This document shows, piece by piece, positions 10,105 to 21,055 of a stretch of DNA of 27,503 bases. The stretch covers positions 213,345 through 240,847 of the forward strand of contig WELA01001098.1 in NCBI GenBank assembly GCA_009602735.1, in the 5' to 3' direction. Source of the DNA: Mesotaenium endlicherianum (taxonomy: Eukaryota). The position numbers and the translations under genes are program-made. The notes under the pieces are model-generated. The model was given only the letters and a program-made list of their open reading frames with translations. It made no database searches and was not told the DNA's origin. How positions within the stretch are numbered: the stretch's first letter is position 1; every line of letters begins with the position of its first letter.

Positions 10105-11565
10105 CGTTGGGGCCCGGGCGGACTGGCTTAGCGGGTAAATAACTTCTGCTGCATGCGCTTGCTAGCTCGCGTTTGGATTCGGGAGTCCACCTCTCCTCGT
10201 CTTGGGAGTGCGATAACCGCCAATAACTGCTCGTAACCAACTCCAAAGTAATCGTTACAGGCCGCACTGCAGGGCTGCACGAGGACGCACGGTTACTATG
10301 CTTCCAAATTTCCAAGGAGGTGGTCTGAGGTGGTCGGTGCCGGCGATACCGTCTCCAACGGCTGACTTTGAAGGTCAATGGGGGTCCGAGATTGACGGCT
10401 GACGCAGGCAGACGACTATACTCGTCTTTAGTCCTTGCACGACTTATCGAAGCTCACGGGTGATTCGAAGGACGTCGCTCAGTTGGTTGCCTTCTCTGCC
10501 GTTCTCTCCGTGCATATTATTTCGGAGAGAACGCTCGTCCATATTAAAATATTATATGTGATTCTCACACAAAAGATTGGACGTAGTTACTTTCAATACG
10601 AGACTCTTAATCGTACCAAGACTCCAGATTTCAAAGTTTACTTTTTATGTTTTTGTTGAGTAAAACAACTACCATCTCAGTCAGCAAGCAGCACAGCATT
10701 ATTAAGCAATTATACACAAAGTCGCATTTTGTGGAGCAAAGAAACAAATATGCATAACCTTCCTTTGTCACCCTCGGTGCAAGAAATTGCCATGACATAA
10801 AGTGTTCAATGGCTACTAAGAGGTCCCTAGTGTACAACTTGGCAAGCTTGAGTCGAAGACATGACAGCGGTATTTGGAAAAGGATGTATAGATAAGGAAA
10901 TAAGTCACTCATGTCAATCGTCAGCATTGTTGAGCAATCAATATCTACCAATCATCCACCTATTAAGAAACCTATTAAGATGAAGTAAGAAGTACTTCTT
11001 GTTTGTAAACATGCACAATAAGTTTCTTGCAACGCCTACTTGGGCCCATCAGGTAACAAGAGCCAACACAGGTTTGAAGATTTAAATGTGGGACCTTGCC
11101 GTATGTTCAGATATGCTGAACACAATGTCTCTCTTCACTCTGCAAGTCAAGTCAAAAAAATGTATACCTTGTCAATTTCAATGCAATCGTATACGTGCGC
11201 CAACACTAACATAACGTCTATGCATATGGCATGAGGAGATATCTGCTGACTAATGACCATTTGCACACATGCTACAAACTTGCTGCTCCAAAAATCAGGA
11301 ATATGATTAGAAATAATCTCCATGCCACATTGGAGAGACAGGAAACAAATTCGTGTGCACAAGATAAGCGAAAGGTCCAAAATCACTTCGTCTGCTTCCA
11401 CACTGGAAACGAAAGAAACTTTTGGGCACAAGTTACACATGACAAAAGCTTGTGCGGTCGGTCACATTGATATAAGAAAAAATCAAAGAACAAAGAAGGA
11501 GGTCAAGTTCTTGCAGACATCAAGCCACCTGCGTGTCCAGAGCAAGAGAGCCTCAGGGTCATGCA

Positions 11566-12792
11566 TCAAGCGACTGAATGCCGATGGTGAGACTTCTTAC
11601 TTCCCCTCTGACTCCTACCATCGCCCCGGTCCCCCATCTCCCGTCCGTCGAAACCCCCCTCTCCCCCTCGAATGCCTACTCTGCCGGCCTTGCCGTGCAT
11701 TCTATCAGCCGGAGCAACCTTGCCGGGCAGAAGCGGCTCACTGAGATCGTCCGCGCTACTTCTCCTAGGGCCCCTGCCGGGCTCCACCTTCCTCTTCTCC
11801 CTGGGGTCTTGCGAGAGCTTGGGGCTATTGGGGCCTAACACGGAGCCGGCCGCTGGCCCAGGAGGGTTAGGGAGCAGCAGAGGGCCGGCAGGGAGCAGCC
11901 CAGCCCCCTCCAGAGGTACGGAGGAGATTCCCCCGTCCCCCCTTGGGGGCGCAGCAGGCGGGGATAATTTGACGGGCAGCGAGAGGCTGTTGTCGCGCTT
12001 TATCTTGCGCCGCTTCGGGGGGCCCTCTGCCTCCTCCTGTGCGGCGGCCGTGGCCGGGGCTGCAGCCAGGGGCAGCAGAGGCAGAAACTTCTCGGCCCTG
12101 CTCCTTGCTGCTGCTGCTGCCGTTCCCGCCTCCGCCCCCGCCGCGGACGCCGCTGCCCTGCCCCCCACCACGGTGCCGCCAGGTGGCAGCGGTCCCGGCG
12201 GCGGAGAGCCCCCGCGGGCAGAGCTTCTGACGTCGGCCTTGCCCGCGCCGCCCCCGCCCGCTGCCGCAATTCCGCCGGCGTCGCTGCCACCCCTGTCCCT
12301 GTCCCTGCGGCTCTCCCTGGCACCCCCCCCCTGTTTCAGCAACCTCTCCCTCAGCAAGCCCGCATCGTCGCCGCCGCCGCCGCCGCCGCCGCCACTGCCG
12401 CCGGCCCCCGCCTCCCCCTTGCCCTCACTCTCCCGGACCTCGAGCCCTGCGCCCCTTCGCCCTCCACTTCCCACTCCAGCTCCTGCTGCTGTCCCCCCTG
12501 CTGCTGCTGCTGCTGCTCCTCCGAAGCTCACACCGCCACCACCCCCGTGGCCGGACATGGAGCCGGGCCCAGGCCCAGGCCTAGCGACAGCGCGAGAGTC
12601 CGGCTTTCCTGCGCCCCCCGGCGCAGGAGGGGGGGGCGGGGATCTCTCGCCGTGGCCGTGGCCCTCAGCGGCGGCCCTACTTGGCCTTGTGGGCATGGTG
12701 CTGCCGGTGGCGCGAGCGTGAGCGCGACCGTCCTCTCCCGCCGTCCTCTCCCTCTTGCTCTCCGCTGCCGCTGGCTGCTGGGGCTGCGGCTG
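11566..12792 (-). CDS. THO2: THO2 terminal exon (low-complexity tail)
   Basis: Pyrimidine-rich tract then ctgcag|cag acceptor, phase 0 with the donor after 13472. Open to TGA at 11566 and contains the basic PPKRRKIKRD motif. The exact acceptor is inferred. Confidence 0.65.
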   Translation of the reverse strand, partial: QPQPQQPAAAESKRERTAGEDGRAHARATGSTMPTRPSRAAAEGHGHGERSPPPPPAPGGAGKPDSRAVARPGPGPGSMSGHGGGGGVSFGGAAAAAAGGTAAGAGVGSGGRRGAGLEVRESEGKGEAGAGGSGGGGGGGGDDAGLLRERLLKQGGGARESRRDRDRGGSDAGGIAAAGGGGAGKADVRSSARGGSPPPGPLPPGGTVVGGRAAASAAGAEAGTAAAAARSRAEKFLPLLPLAAAPATAAAQEEAEGPPKRRKIKRDNSLSLPVKLSPPAAPPRGDGGISSVPLEGAGLLPAGPLLLPNPPGPAAGSVLGPNSPKLSQDPREKRKVEPGRGPRRSSADDLSEPLLPGKVAPADRMHGKAGRVGIRGGEGGFDGREMGDRGDGRSQRGSKKSHHRHSVA

Positions 12793-12860
12793 CTGCAGCG
12801 GCGGCAGCGGCAGGACAAGCAAGGGGGAGGAGGAACAGCAAGGGGAAGCACGGCACGGCA

Positions 12861-13028
12861 CGGCAAAGGCGTAAGACTCAGAGCTCAGACTCGCCCGCCG
12901 CCAGTCCCAGCACCTCTCACAACGGTGGCAAGGTGCAGCGCAAACGGCAAAGGCGTAAGACTCAGAGCTCAGACTCGCCCGCCGCCAGTCCCAGCACCTC
13001 TCACAACGGTGGCAAGGTGCAGCGCAAA
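12861..13028. repeat. Perfect 84-bp tandem duplication in the last THO2 intron
   Basis: 12861-12944 equals 12945-13028 (cggcaaaggcgtaagactcagagc...gtgcagcgcaaa). Confidence 0.92.
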
Positions 13029-13235
13029 TCCGCAACCAGCAAGCAAGCAATTTGCACTCACGCACGTCAGTGGCAGCCAGGCCGGCGGGCATTCCGCCGT
13101 TGGTATTTGCTATCAGCCACCAAGAGCCCCAACCAACCCTTCTGGGGGCAGTAGGCGCACACACATGATTGCAGAGCACGCGCGGAGATGTGACGTGGGC
13201 AGAGCAGAAATGCTTGGTTTTGCAAAGCTTTGAAA

Positions 13236-13330
13236 AGGAGGAGGAGGAGGAGGAGGAGGAGGAGGAGGAGGAGGAGGAGGAGGAGCAGGAGCAGGAGCAG
13301 GATCAGGAGCAGGAGCAGGGGCAGGAGAAG
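13236..13330. repeat. (GAG)n then (GAGCAG)n microsatellite (intronic)
   Basis: Read directly from the sequence. Confidence 0.92.
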
Positions 13331-13471
13331 GTGGAGACAGATGCCGTAAGTCCAAAGGGCGAGCAGTAGGAGTGACTACACCTGGAGCAGACTGGGAAAC
13401 AAAAGGAAAAGCAGGAGAAGAGGGAGGTGGGGAGGGGCAGGGTAAGGGGCAGGTAACGTACAGTGACGCAC

Positions 13472-16063
13472 CTTTGCGGCCGGCGGCGCACCGGCGCCCT
13501 CGCGCTCCTCCCGCTTGCTCAGCCCCCTCTCCCGCGGCGCCTCCTCGTCGATGCTTCCCCTCCTCCTCTTCACGGCCTCCTCGCCCCCGCCCCCCCCGCC
13601 GGAGACCACACCCCCCCCNNNNNNNNNNNNNNNNNNNNNNNNNNNNNNNNNNNNNNNNNNNNNNNCCCCTTCCCCTCCGCCTCCTCCCCGCCTCTTGGCA
13701 ACTGCACCCCCTTTCTCCCCGTCCCCTGCACTCTCCCTGGGGGACTTTCGGCCTGCCTGCAAGGCCATGCCCCTTCCCCCTCCGCCCCTCTCGGAGTCCT
13801 CGTCAACACTCCCCCGCCTGCTTACACCTGCTCCTCGCCCTCCCGCTCCCCTCCCCCCGCTCAGAAGCGCGCCCGGCGGTCCCAGGGGGGGCGGGGGAGG
13901 CAGCAACTGGGCGGGGCCCACGCTCGGGAACCTCTCCTCAGCAGCGACATGCGGCTCCCCCGACTGAGAGTACTTCGAGGAGCGGCCCTCGGGTCGAATC
14001 TCCCCGCCCCCCCGGGGGCCGAACCGCTCCTTCCTCTCAGCGCTCTTGTCAGAGAGGGCGTTCTTCTCCACTGACCTCTCCCTCCCCTGCTGCACGTCCC
14101 CCCGCGTATGCCGGTCCCCCATCCTCTCGCTCACCCTGTCGAATACCCCCCTGTCCCCCCCCCTCTCTACAACAAAGGGCGGCTCGGGCCCCTCCCTGTC
14201 GACCCCTCCGCGCTCTTTCTTGTCAAACCCGCCCCGGCCAAACTCCCGCTCGCTCGCTCTCTCAGACCTCTCCACGCGGTCTAGCTTCTCAAAGACCTCT
14301 CCTCTCTCCAACCTCTCCCCCCTCCTCTCCCGCAAGCGCTCAGCGCCCCTCTCGGGAGGGGCGGGGCCACGATCGTCAAATTTGATCTCTCCCCGCTCCC
14401 GCTCCCTGTCTCCTCTCTCCAGCCTCTCCCTGTCGGCAGGCCTGTCAAATCTTTCCCCAGGTCCTGTGGTGGGGGTCCTCGCCCTCAACTCCCCCAGCCT
14501 CTCGTAGCTCCCCCTGGCGTCGGCTCTCAGCTCGCCACCTGTCCGTGGCAAGCCCTCGGCAGTCTCCCCTTTCCGCGGCCTCTTGCTCGCCCTGTCGCTG
14601 ACACCTGTCTCCACATTTGCTCCTCGTTTTGTCACGCGCTCTTTCAGATAGTCTTCGTCGTCCCCTCCTCCCCCCCTGGGGCTGCTGCCATACGCATCAT
14701 CCCTATAGGGCGACCTGGAGGGATGCCTAGACCTGGGGGGCAGGATCCCCCTAGAATCCCCGTCAAAGTCTCCCCGCCTCCCGTCCCGCTCCCTCTCCAG
14801 CGGCGGCAGCTCCCGGCTGTCCAGAGCGCGAGTGCGCAGCGCGGCGACACCTGGCACATCCTCAGTCTCCCTTGGCAAGCTGTCGCCGGCTCGGCGAGCC
14901 GGGTGGCGGCCTTCGCCAGCCCCTCTGCCCGGATTGTCAGAGAATTTGCTGTCGCGAGGCCCCCTCTCCCTTTCGCCACCCTTGCCCCCAGGGATGCCAT
15001 CTGGCGCGCTGCCATTGACCGACGGCCCCGCAGCAGCACCCCCCCCAGTCCTTCCTGAAGGTGCCGCCCCCCCCCTCCCAGCGCCCTCGTTAGCTCTGGC
15101 AGGGGGAGTGGATCTCCTCATGCTCTCGCGCTCTCTCTTCATGCCACTTGGAGGGGAGGGTCCTTCCTCCTTCACTCCAAGCCCCCCCCTTTGGGACCTG
15201 CTTACAGCACCCCCCTCTGCTTCCTGCTTGACTACCTTGGGATCCTCTTCCTGCTTTCTCAGGGTGCCACCTGGCTGCCTCCTCGACCCGCCAGCTGGCC
15301 CGTCTGCTGAGCTGACGCTTGGCTTGACATCAGCGCCAGCTGCAAGCCCCCGCACCTCGTCCACACCTAGCTTTCTCAGATCCTTTGCATCTCCCGGGCT
15401 GTTGCCACCTGTCCTGGGCCCTGCGTGTCCTGCCACGCTGACAACTGGTTTCTTGTCTGTGCTTAGGCCGCCTGATCCACTGCCCACCGCCTTGCCAGCT
15501 GTCCCTCCGCCAGGTGTCAGTCCAGTGGGAGTGAAGGGTGGGGCTCCTGGGTTCAGAGAAGTGGCCAGCGGCCCGCTCGGCTTGCCAGGTGTCGCCGCCT
15601 CAGCATCCTGCACCTTCAGCGAGGCGGCGGCAGCGCCTGGAGGGACGCTACCTGTGCCGCTCAGAGCCTCTGGCAAAGAAGAGGAGGAGCTCTTGCCGGG
15701 CGGCAGGGCCCCGTTCTTAGCAGCCACCCCGGCAGCGTCTGCCCCCACACCCACGCCTCCCTGCTGCTGTGCGCCGTTCGCTTGCCTAGCAGCAGCAGTG
15801 CCGCCGCCAGGGCCGCGTGCCGCTTGTGTGGCTCCCGTAGGGCCAGCTGGCGCTCTCGCTGCCGCAGCGGTAGCCGCTGCTCCTCCACTGGCTGCCAGCT
15901 TTCCCGCCCCCCCTGCGCCGCCCGGTCCGGCGCGCGGCTGTGCGCCAGCTGTGCCTGCCTTGCCAGCTGTTGCCGCGCCTCCAGGGGAGGACTTGGGGGG
16001 AGGGGGGGTTTTAACGACTTGAGGGGGGGCTCCCCCAAACTCCTCGTCGGTAACCCACGCGTG
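13472..16063 (-). CDS. THO2: THO2 large exon (HAWVTDEEF then disordered and RE/RD-rich tail; includes a 47-nt N gap)
   Basis: aacag|16063. WVTDEEF ends the conserved Tho2 region. The frame stays open to AAG|gtgcgt at 13472. Confidence 0.8.
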
Positions 16064-16283
16064 CTGTTGCCCGCCGGATCAGCACACCAACAGGGCAGGA
16101 GGATGATGAGACTCTCTCTCTCTCTCTCACCCTCACATCCACCAATACACACACCCACATCCACACACTCAAACACGACCTACGCCCAGGCGTGAACACA
16201 CGCACACACACACAGACACACATAGACATCAACACAAAGAGGCACACACGCTCCCCCACAAACACAGAGACACACCCACACAC

Positions 16284-16364
16284 CTTGCGGGAGGAGAGGG
16301 CGGCAGCGACGCTGGTGGCCATGAGCTTGAGGTCCTGCCGCTCGTCGCTCTTGATCTTCACCAC
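16284..16364 (-). CDS. THO2: THO2 exon
   Basis: ggcag|VVKIKSDERQDLKLMATSVAAALSSRK|gtgtgt, containing the conserved ERxDLKxxA motif. Confidence 0.9.
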
Positions 16365-16804
16365 CTGCCGCAGCACACGCGAGCGCGCGCCAGGGCGCTG
16401 ACAGCTGTCAGTAGAGGAATGAGGGTTGTTTGTCCTTTCTCCTCATTGGTGGTGGCAGCCTCGGCCGCCGACGCTCAATTGAAGACCCAGCAGAGGATGC
16501 AAAGCACTCACAGAGCCACCAGCGCATGGCTCTGTGGATCAGCTCACCAAGCATGCCGGCTCGCCCGCGCTTTCTTTATGCTTTCTTTCAGCGACACGCT
16601 TATGCACGGCGTGGGGCATTTGACACTAATCATGAAGAGTGCCACATGAGAGCTCTTTTTCCGTCTGCGCTCGTTGATAACATCACAAATGGATCACTTC
16701 TCTTTGCTTCAGCACCCATTCCCTCCCTCCCTCCCCCTCCACATCCCAGGATGTGCTGTCGGAGAAAAAGAAAGAGAGTGAAGGGGAATGCCGAGGAGGC
16801 CCGA

Positions 16805-16945
16805 TCACAGACATACAGACAGACAGATAAAAAAATATATACATATATATACATATATATGTATATATATGCATATGAGTAGATATATAGACAAATATAT
16901 GGAAGATGGATAGATAGACAGTTGGATAGATAGATAGATAGATAG

Positions 16946-16978
<33 letters not shown>
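16805..16978. repeat. (CAGA)/(TA)/(GATA)/(GA) compound microsatellite abutting an N gap
   Basis: Read directly from the sequence. Confidence 0.9.
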
Positions 16979-17817
16979 NNNNNNNNNNNNNNNNNNNNNN
17001 NNNNNNNNNNNNNNNNNNNNNNNNNNNNNNNNNNNNNNNNNNNNNNNNNNNNNNNNNNNNNNNNNNNNNNNNNNNNNNNNNNNNNNNNNNNNNNNNNNNN
17101 NNNNNNNNNNNNNNNNNNNNNNNNNNNNNNNNNNNNNNNNNNNNNNNNNNNNNNNNNNNNNNNNNNNNNNNNNNNNNNNNNNNNNNNNNNNNNNNNNNNN
17201 NNNNNNNNNNNNNNNNNNNNNNNNNNNNNNNNNNNNNNNNNNNNNNNNNNNNNNNNNNNNNNNNNNNNNNNNNNNNNNNNNNNNNNNNNNNNNNNNNNNN
17301 NNNNNNNNNNNNCCCCCCCCCCCCCCCAACAAAAAAAATACGTCACGCGGGCACGCGCACACGCGCCCGACGGCCACGTTCACGACAAGGCCCGTCAGCC
17401 ACATGCGTCTCTACGAACCACTCGTTCTGGCTTCTGCCTCCTGAGCGTGTGCTGCTGCCACTGGTGCTGCTGCCACTGCTGCTGCCTCTGCCTAAGCCGG
17501 ACTATCAAAGTCTCACCGCCTACCTTGCGAAACTTGCCACATCGGTCGGCCAGAGAGGTGAAAGTTATGAGGCCAGAGGTCAACAATGAGGTCAAAGAGC
17601 AAAGGTCCGCGGCGACCGGAGCTCAAGAGCCCAGGAGTTTAACGCTTAGGGTTCAGGGTCGCAAGGCCCAAGGCACTAGAGAGGCCACAGGTTCAGGTGG
17701 TGAATCGGTGAATTGGTGGGTCCGTGAGAGGGGGAGCCCCTAGCAGCACGTGGGCCCACAACTTCCATGCAAAATCACATCAAACAAGCGCGCGGTGAGA
17801 GGCGAGAGGGGGAGCAC

Positions 17818-17919
17818 CTTGCGGAACATGTCAAACGTCATGCCCTCCGAGCCCTTCTTGAAGCCCGTGGCGCACCCGGGCTTGTTGGCGCACTCGCGCT
17901 CGTAGATGCCCTCGTCGCC
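17818..17919 (-). CDS. THO2: THO2 exon
   Basis: cgcag|GDEGIYERECANKPGCATGFKKGSEGMTFDMFRK|gtgctc, containing the YExECxNxPG motif. Confidence 0.88.
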
Positions 17920-18695
17920 CTGCGCATGCGCACGCGCCACGTGTGCGCGCCACGCACACCACCCCGCGCAACAGCGTGAGCGTGGAATGAGTTGAGCCAA
18001 AAAAGGCATCACCGCAAGAAACGCGTGTTCTGCCCAGCCTAACGATCTGAGCAGACCGTGGAACCGAGAATGCGGCGCGCACGCGCACACCCGCATACTC
18101 ACACGCACACAGACAAGCGCACAAACACACACACGCAGACGCACATAAACACGCACAAACACTCTATAAAACACGCACGCACGCACACACGCAGACACAG
18201 GCAGAGAGAGCCGGGAGCCAGGGGGTGGGGTGGGGACGCGGGGGCNNNNNNNNNNNNNNNNNNNNNNNNNNNNNNNNNNNNNNNNNNNNNNNNNNNNNNN
18301 NNNNNNNNNNNNNNNNNNNNNNNNNNNNNNNNNNNNNNNNNNNNNNNNNNNNNNNNNNNNNNNNNNNNNNNNNNNNNNNNNNNNNNNNNNNNNNNNNNNN
18401 NNNNNNNNNNNNNNNNNNNNNNNNNNNNNNNNNNNNNNNNNNNNNNNNNNNNNNNNNNNNNNNNNNNNNNNNNNNNNNNNNNNNNNNNNNNNNNNNNNNN
18501 NNNNNNNNNNNNNNNNNNNNNNNNNNNNNNNNNNNNNNNNNNNNNNNNNNNNNNNNNNNNNNNNNNNNNNNNNNNNNNNNNNNNNNNNNNNNNNNNNNNN
18601 NNNNNNNNNNNNNNNNNNNNNNNNNNNNNNNNNNNNNNNNNNNNNNNNNNNNNNNNNNNNNNNNNNNNNNNNNNNNNNNNNNGGGGGGGGGGCAC

Positions 18696-18867
18696 CTTCC
18701 AGTGGTAGATCATCTTGAGCATCTCGAAGAGGAAGCGCCCGAGGCGGCCGGCCTCGGCCTCCGTGGAGCTGCAGATGAGCGCGGGCAGCATGCGGCACAT
18801 GAGCGTGTCGGTGCCCATGATGGTGCTGAAGTGCGGCGTCGCCAGCTCGTGCAGCCGCTGGATGAAT
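18696..18867 (-). CDS. THO2: THO2 exon
   Basis: cgcag|FIQRLHELATPHFST...ICSSTEAEAGRLGRFLFEMLKMIYHWK|gtgccc, containing the TExEAGRLGRFL motif. Confidence 0.93.
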
Positions 18868-19227
18868 CTGCGCACGCGACACGTGGCGGCAATCCCGCCC
18901 CCCACCGCCGGCAGGCAAGGATGGACGGTTAACACGGACCATGAGTGCGAGCACGCACGCACGCATGAAACAGGCACGTGCGCACACTCATGCATGCCGG
19001 CGCGTGTTCACAGATCCACACACATGTGCGCACTCGTGCACGCATGCATACACCACACACACGCACACACACGCACACGCACATGCGCACATGACACGCA
19101 AACACGCTTGTGTGCACGCAGGCACGTGCGCACGCGCATGGCACCCCATTCAGATAACAAAACACACTCGCGCAAGCATGCAGGGGAAAATGCATGCAAG
19201 CGCACGCAGGGAAAGGCAGGCGCAAAC

Positions 19228-19454
19228 CTGGCGCAGAAGATTGCGTCCTGCGTGCTCATCATGACACGTGGCAGCACGCAGTGGTGCAGGAACTGCGCCA
19301 TTGTCTGCCAGTAGTCGGTGCACGAGCTCAGCCAGCTGTCCTTCTCGCGCGCCAGCCGGGCGTTTGTGGCCGCCAGCTGGGCCTCCTGCCGCGCCAGCTC
19401 GCCTGCCAGCTTGTCCAGCAGCTCCTGAATGCGCTCCTTCTCCTTCTTGCGCTT
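19228..19454 (-). CDS. THO2: THO2 exon
   Basis: cacag|KRKKEKERIQELLDKL...EKDSWLSSC...FLHHCVLPRVMMSTQDAIFCAR|gtttgc. Confidence 0.93.
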
Positions 19455-19783
19455 CTGTGGTCCCCACTCAACGCACGCACGCACGCATGCACCGACGTGA
19501 GCATGCAAATCAGTTGATCACCCACCGGCTGGCATGCACACGGTCGCTCGCACGCACACACACAGCTGTCGCTCGTCTGCACAGGCGCAGCGTACGAGCA
19601 TGCAAATGCATGACCCCTCCCCCTACCTCCCTCCCCCCCTCCCTCTCTCTCGTTCACACATGCACACGCACACGCACACAGATACACACGCACGCACACA
19701 CACGCACACAAATATATACGCGCACACACACACGCACTCAAATACACGCGCGCACGCACGCACACGCACGCATGCGCACACAC

Positions 19784-19991
19784 CTGGATGCCCTGGCTGC
19801 TGTTGTCAAGGCTTGTCTCCAGCGCGTGCATGGCTGCCTTCTGCTTCGCCAGCTCAGCCTCGTAGCGCCGCCGCGGAACGTACAGGTCGCCCAGCGCCAG
19901 CCCCCAGAAGGTGAGGTACAGCGCGGGGCTGATGCCCGTCCACGCCTTGGGCGGCAGCATCGCCCGGGCGGCGCCCAGCAGGTCCGTCCAC
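19784..19991 (-). CDS. THO2: THO2 exon (start of Tho2 domain)
   Basis: gacag|[46 protein letters not shown]...GIQ|gtgtgt. Confidence 0.93.
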
Positions 19992-21055
19992 CTGTCGCGC
20001 CATTGTGCGTTGTTTGCATTGGTGCGCACACGTGGACGGGAGCACCCCCCCCGGAAGGTCACAGAGGGTCAGAGATGACCCCACCAAGGGTCACAAAAGG
20101 GTCTCAGAGGGGCCCAGAGGATGACAGCGGGATTGGCACTCCTGAATGCAGGTTGGGGAGGTGGAGGTGGAGGTGGAGGGTGAGGCTGGGGGATGAGGGG
20201 CGGGTTCTTGGGGGTTAGCAAAAAACTGAAGCTCCAAACTTTGATTTCTGAATGTCCATGCTCACACCTCTGATCCCTACAGAGAACATTCTGAATCAGA
20301 AACCCCGCGTTTTAAGTCCGAACCCCGGCCTCCTGTTTCCCCGGGCTTCCGTTCCCATGGAGGGAAGAAAAGGGAGGGGCTGCAGAGCGAGTGGCAGGAG
20401 CCTCTCTGTGTAGAGTGCTTAACGTGCTAAACGTCAATCACGGTGTGCTTCATATATACTATTTTGTGACCTTCAGGTCCTTTAGGTGGAGGAAAACACA
20501 GAAACCCCCCCCCCCCTTCCCCTACCTTCCTGATGATGCCGGATGTCTAAACAGAGGCTTGTAGTGGAAGAGTGAATTGAATTCCCCCCCCCCCCCCACC
20601 TCTCCTTCAAGCTTCTAGAGAGCATTGGCCCCTCTCTACTTCGTCTCGGGTAAAGGGGGACGCATCTGTGTGGCGACCCCAAGGGCGCAATGGTGGACCA
20701 GAAGAACACCTCGAGGCAGGTTACACATTACGTGACTCTTTGCTTCCTCTGTCTTTTGAGCTTCTATCACTTGTCTGGGTTGGACCCCCCGGCTTCTTAC
20801 AAGAGCCCGAGTTCCTTGCGCACATCCCCTTTCTTCGGTACAGGAAGAGCAGGACTTCAAAAAAGCTAAATCCTCTTGTGACATTACGACTTTTTAGTAT
20901 TCGCACATTGACACACATTCATGTGTTTACTTCACGCAGCCCCTTTCATGACGTTCCTTTGTTATGTGCACACCAACAGACACATACACCTCTTCTCTCG
21001 CACACACACCCCACATAGTGAAAGAGGGAGAGAAGGTAGAGGGAGAGAGACGCAC

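Noticed and set aside
10631..10951. DLFPYLYILFQIPLS, faintly like a hAT transposase dimerisation motif
   Set aside because: The following ERxFS motif is absent in all frames, and I saw no terminal inverted repeats.
11672..16022. + strand 349-, 337- and 396-aa Pro/Ala/Ser-rich ORFs and a poly-Glu ORF at 13169
   Set aside because: Antisense shadows of the THO2 tail exons and a translated (GAG)n repeat.
18246..18682. Possible missing THO2 exon in this gap
   Set aside because: The flanking exons join in phase and contiguously (YHWK|GDEGIYEREC), so the gap is probably intronic only.
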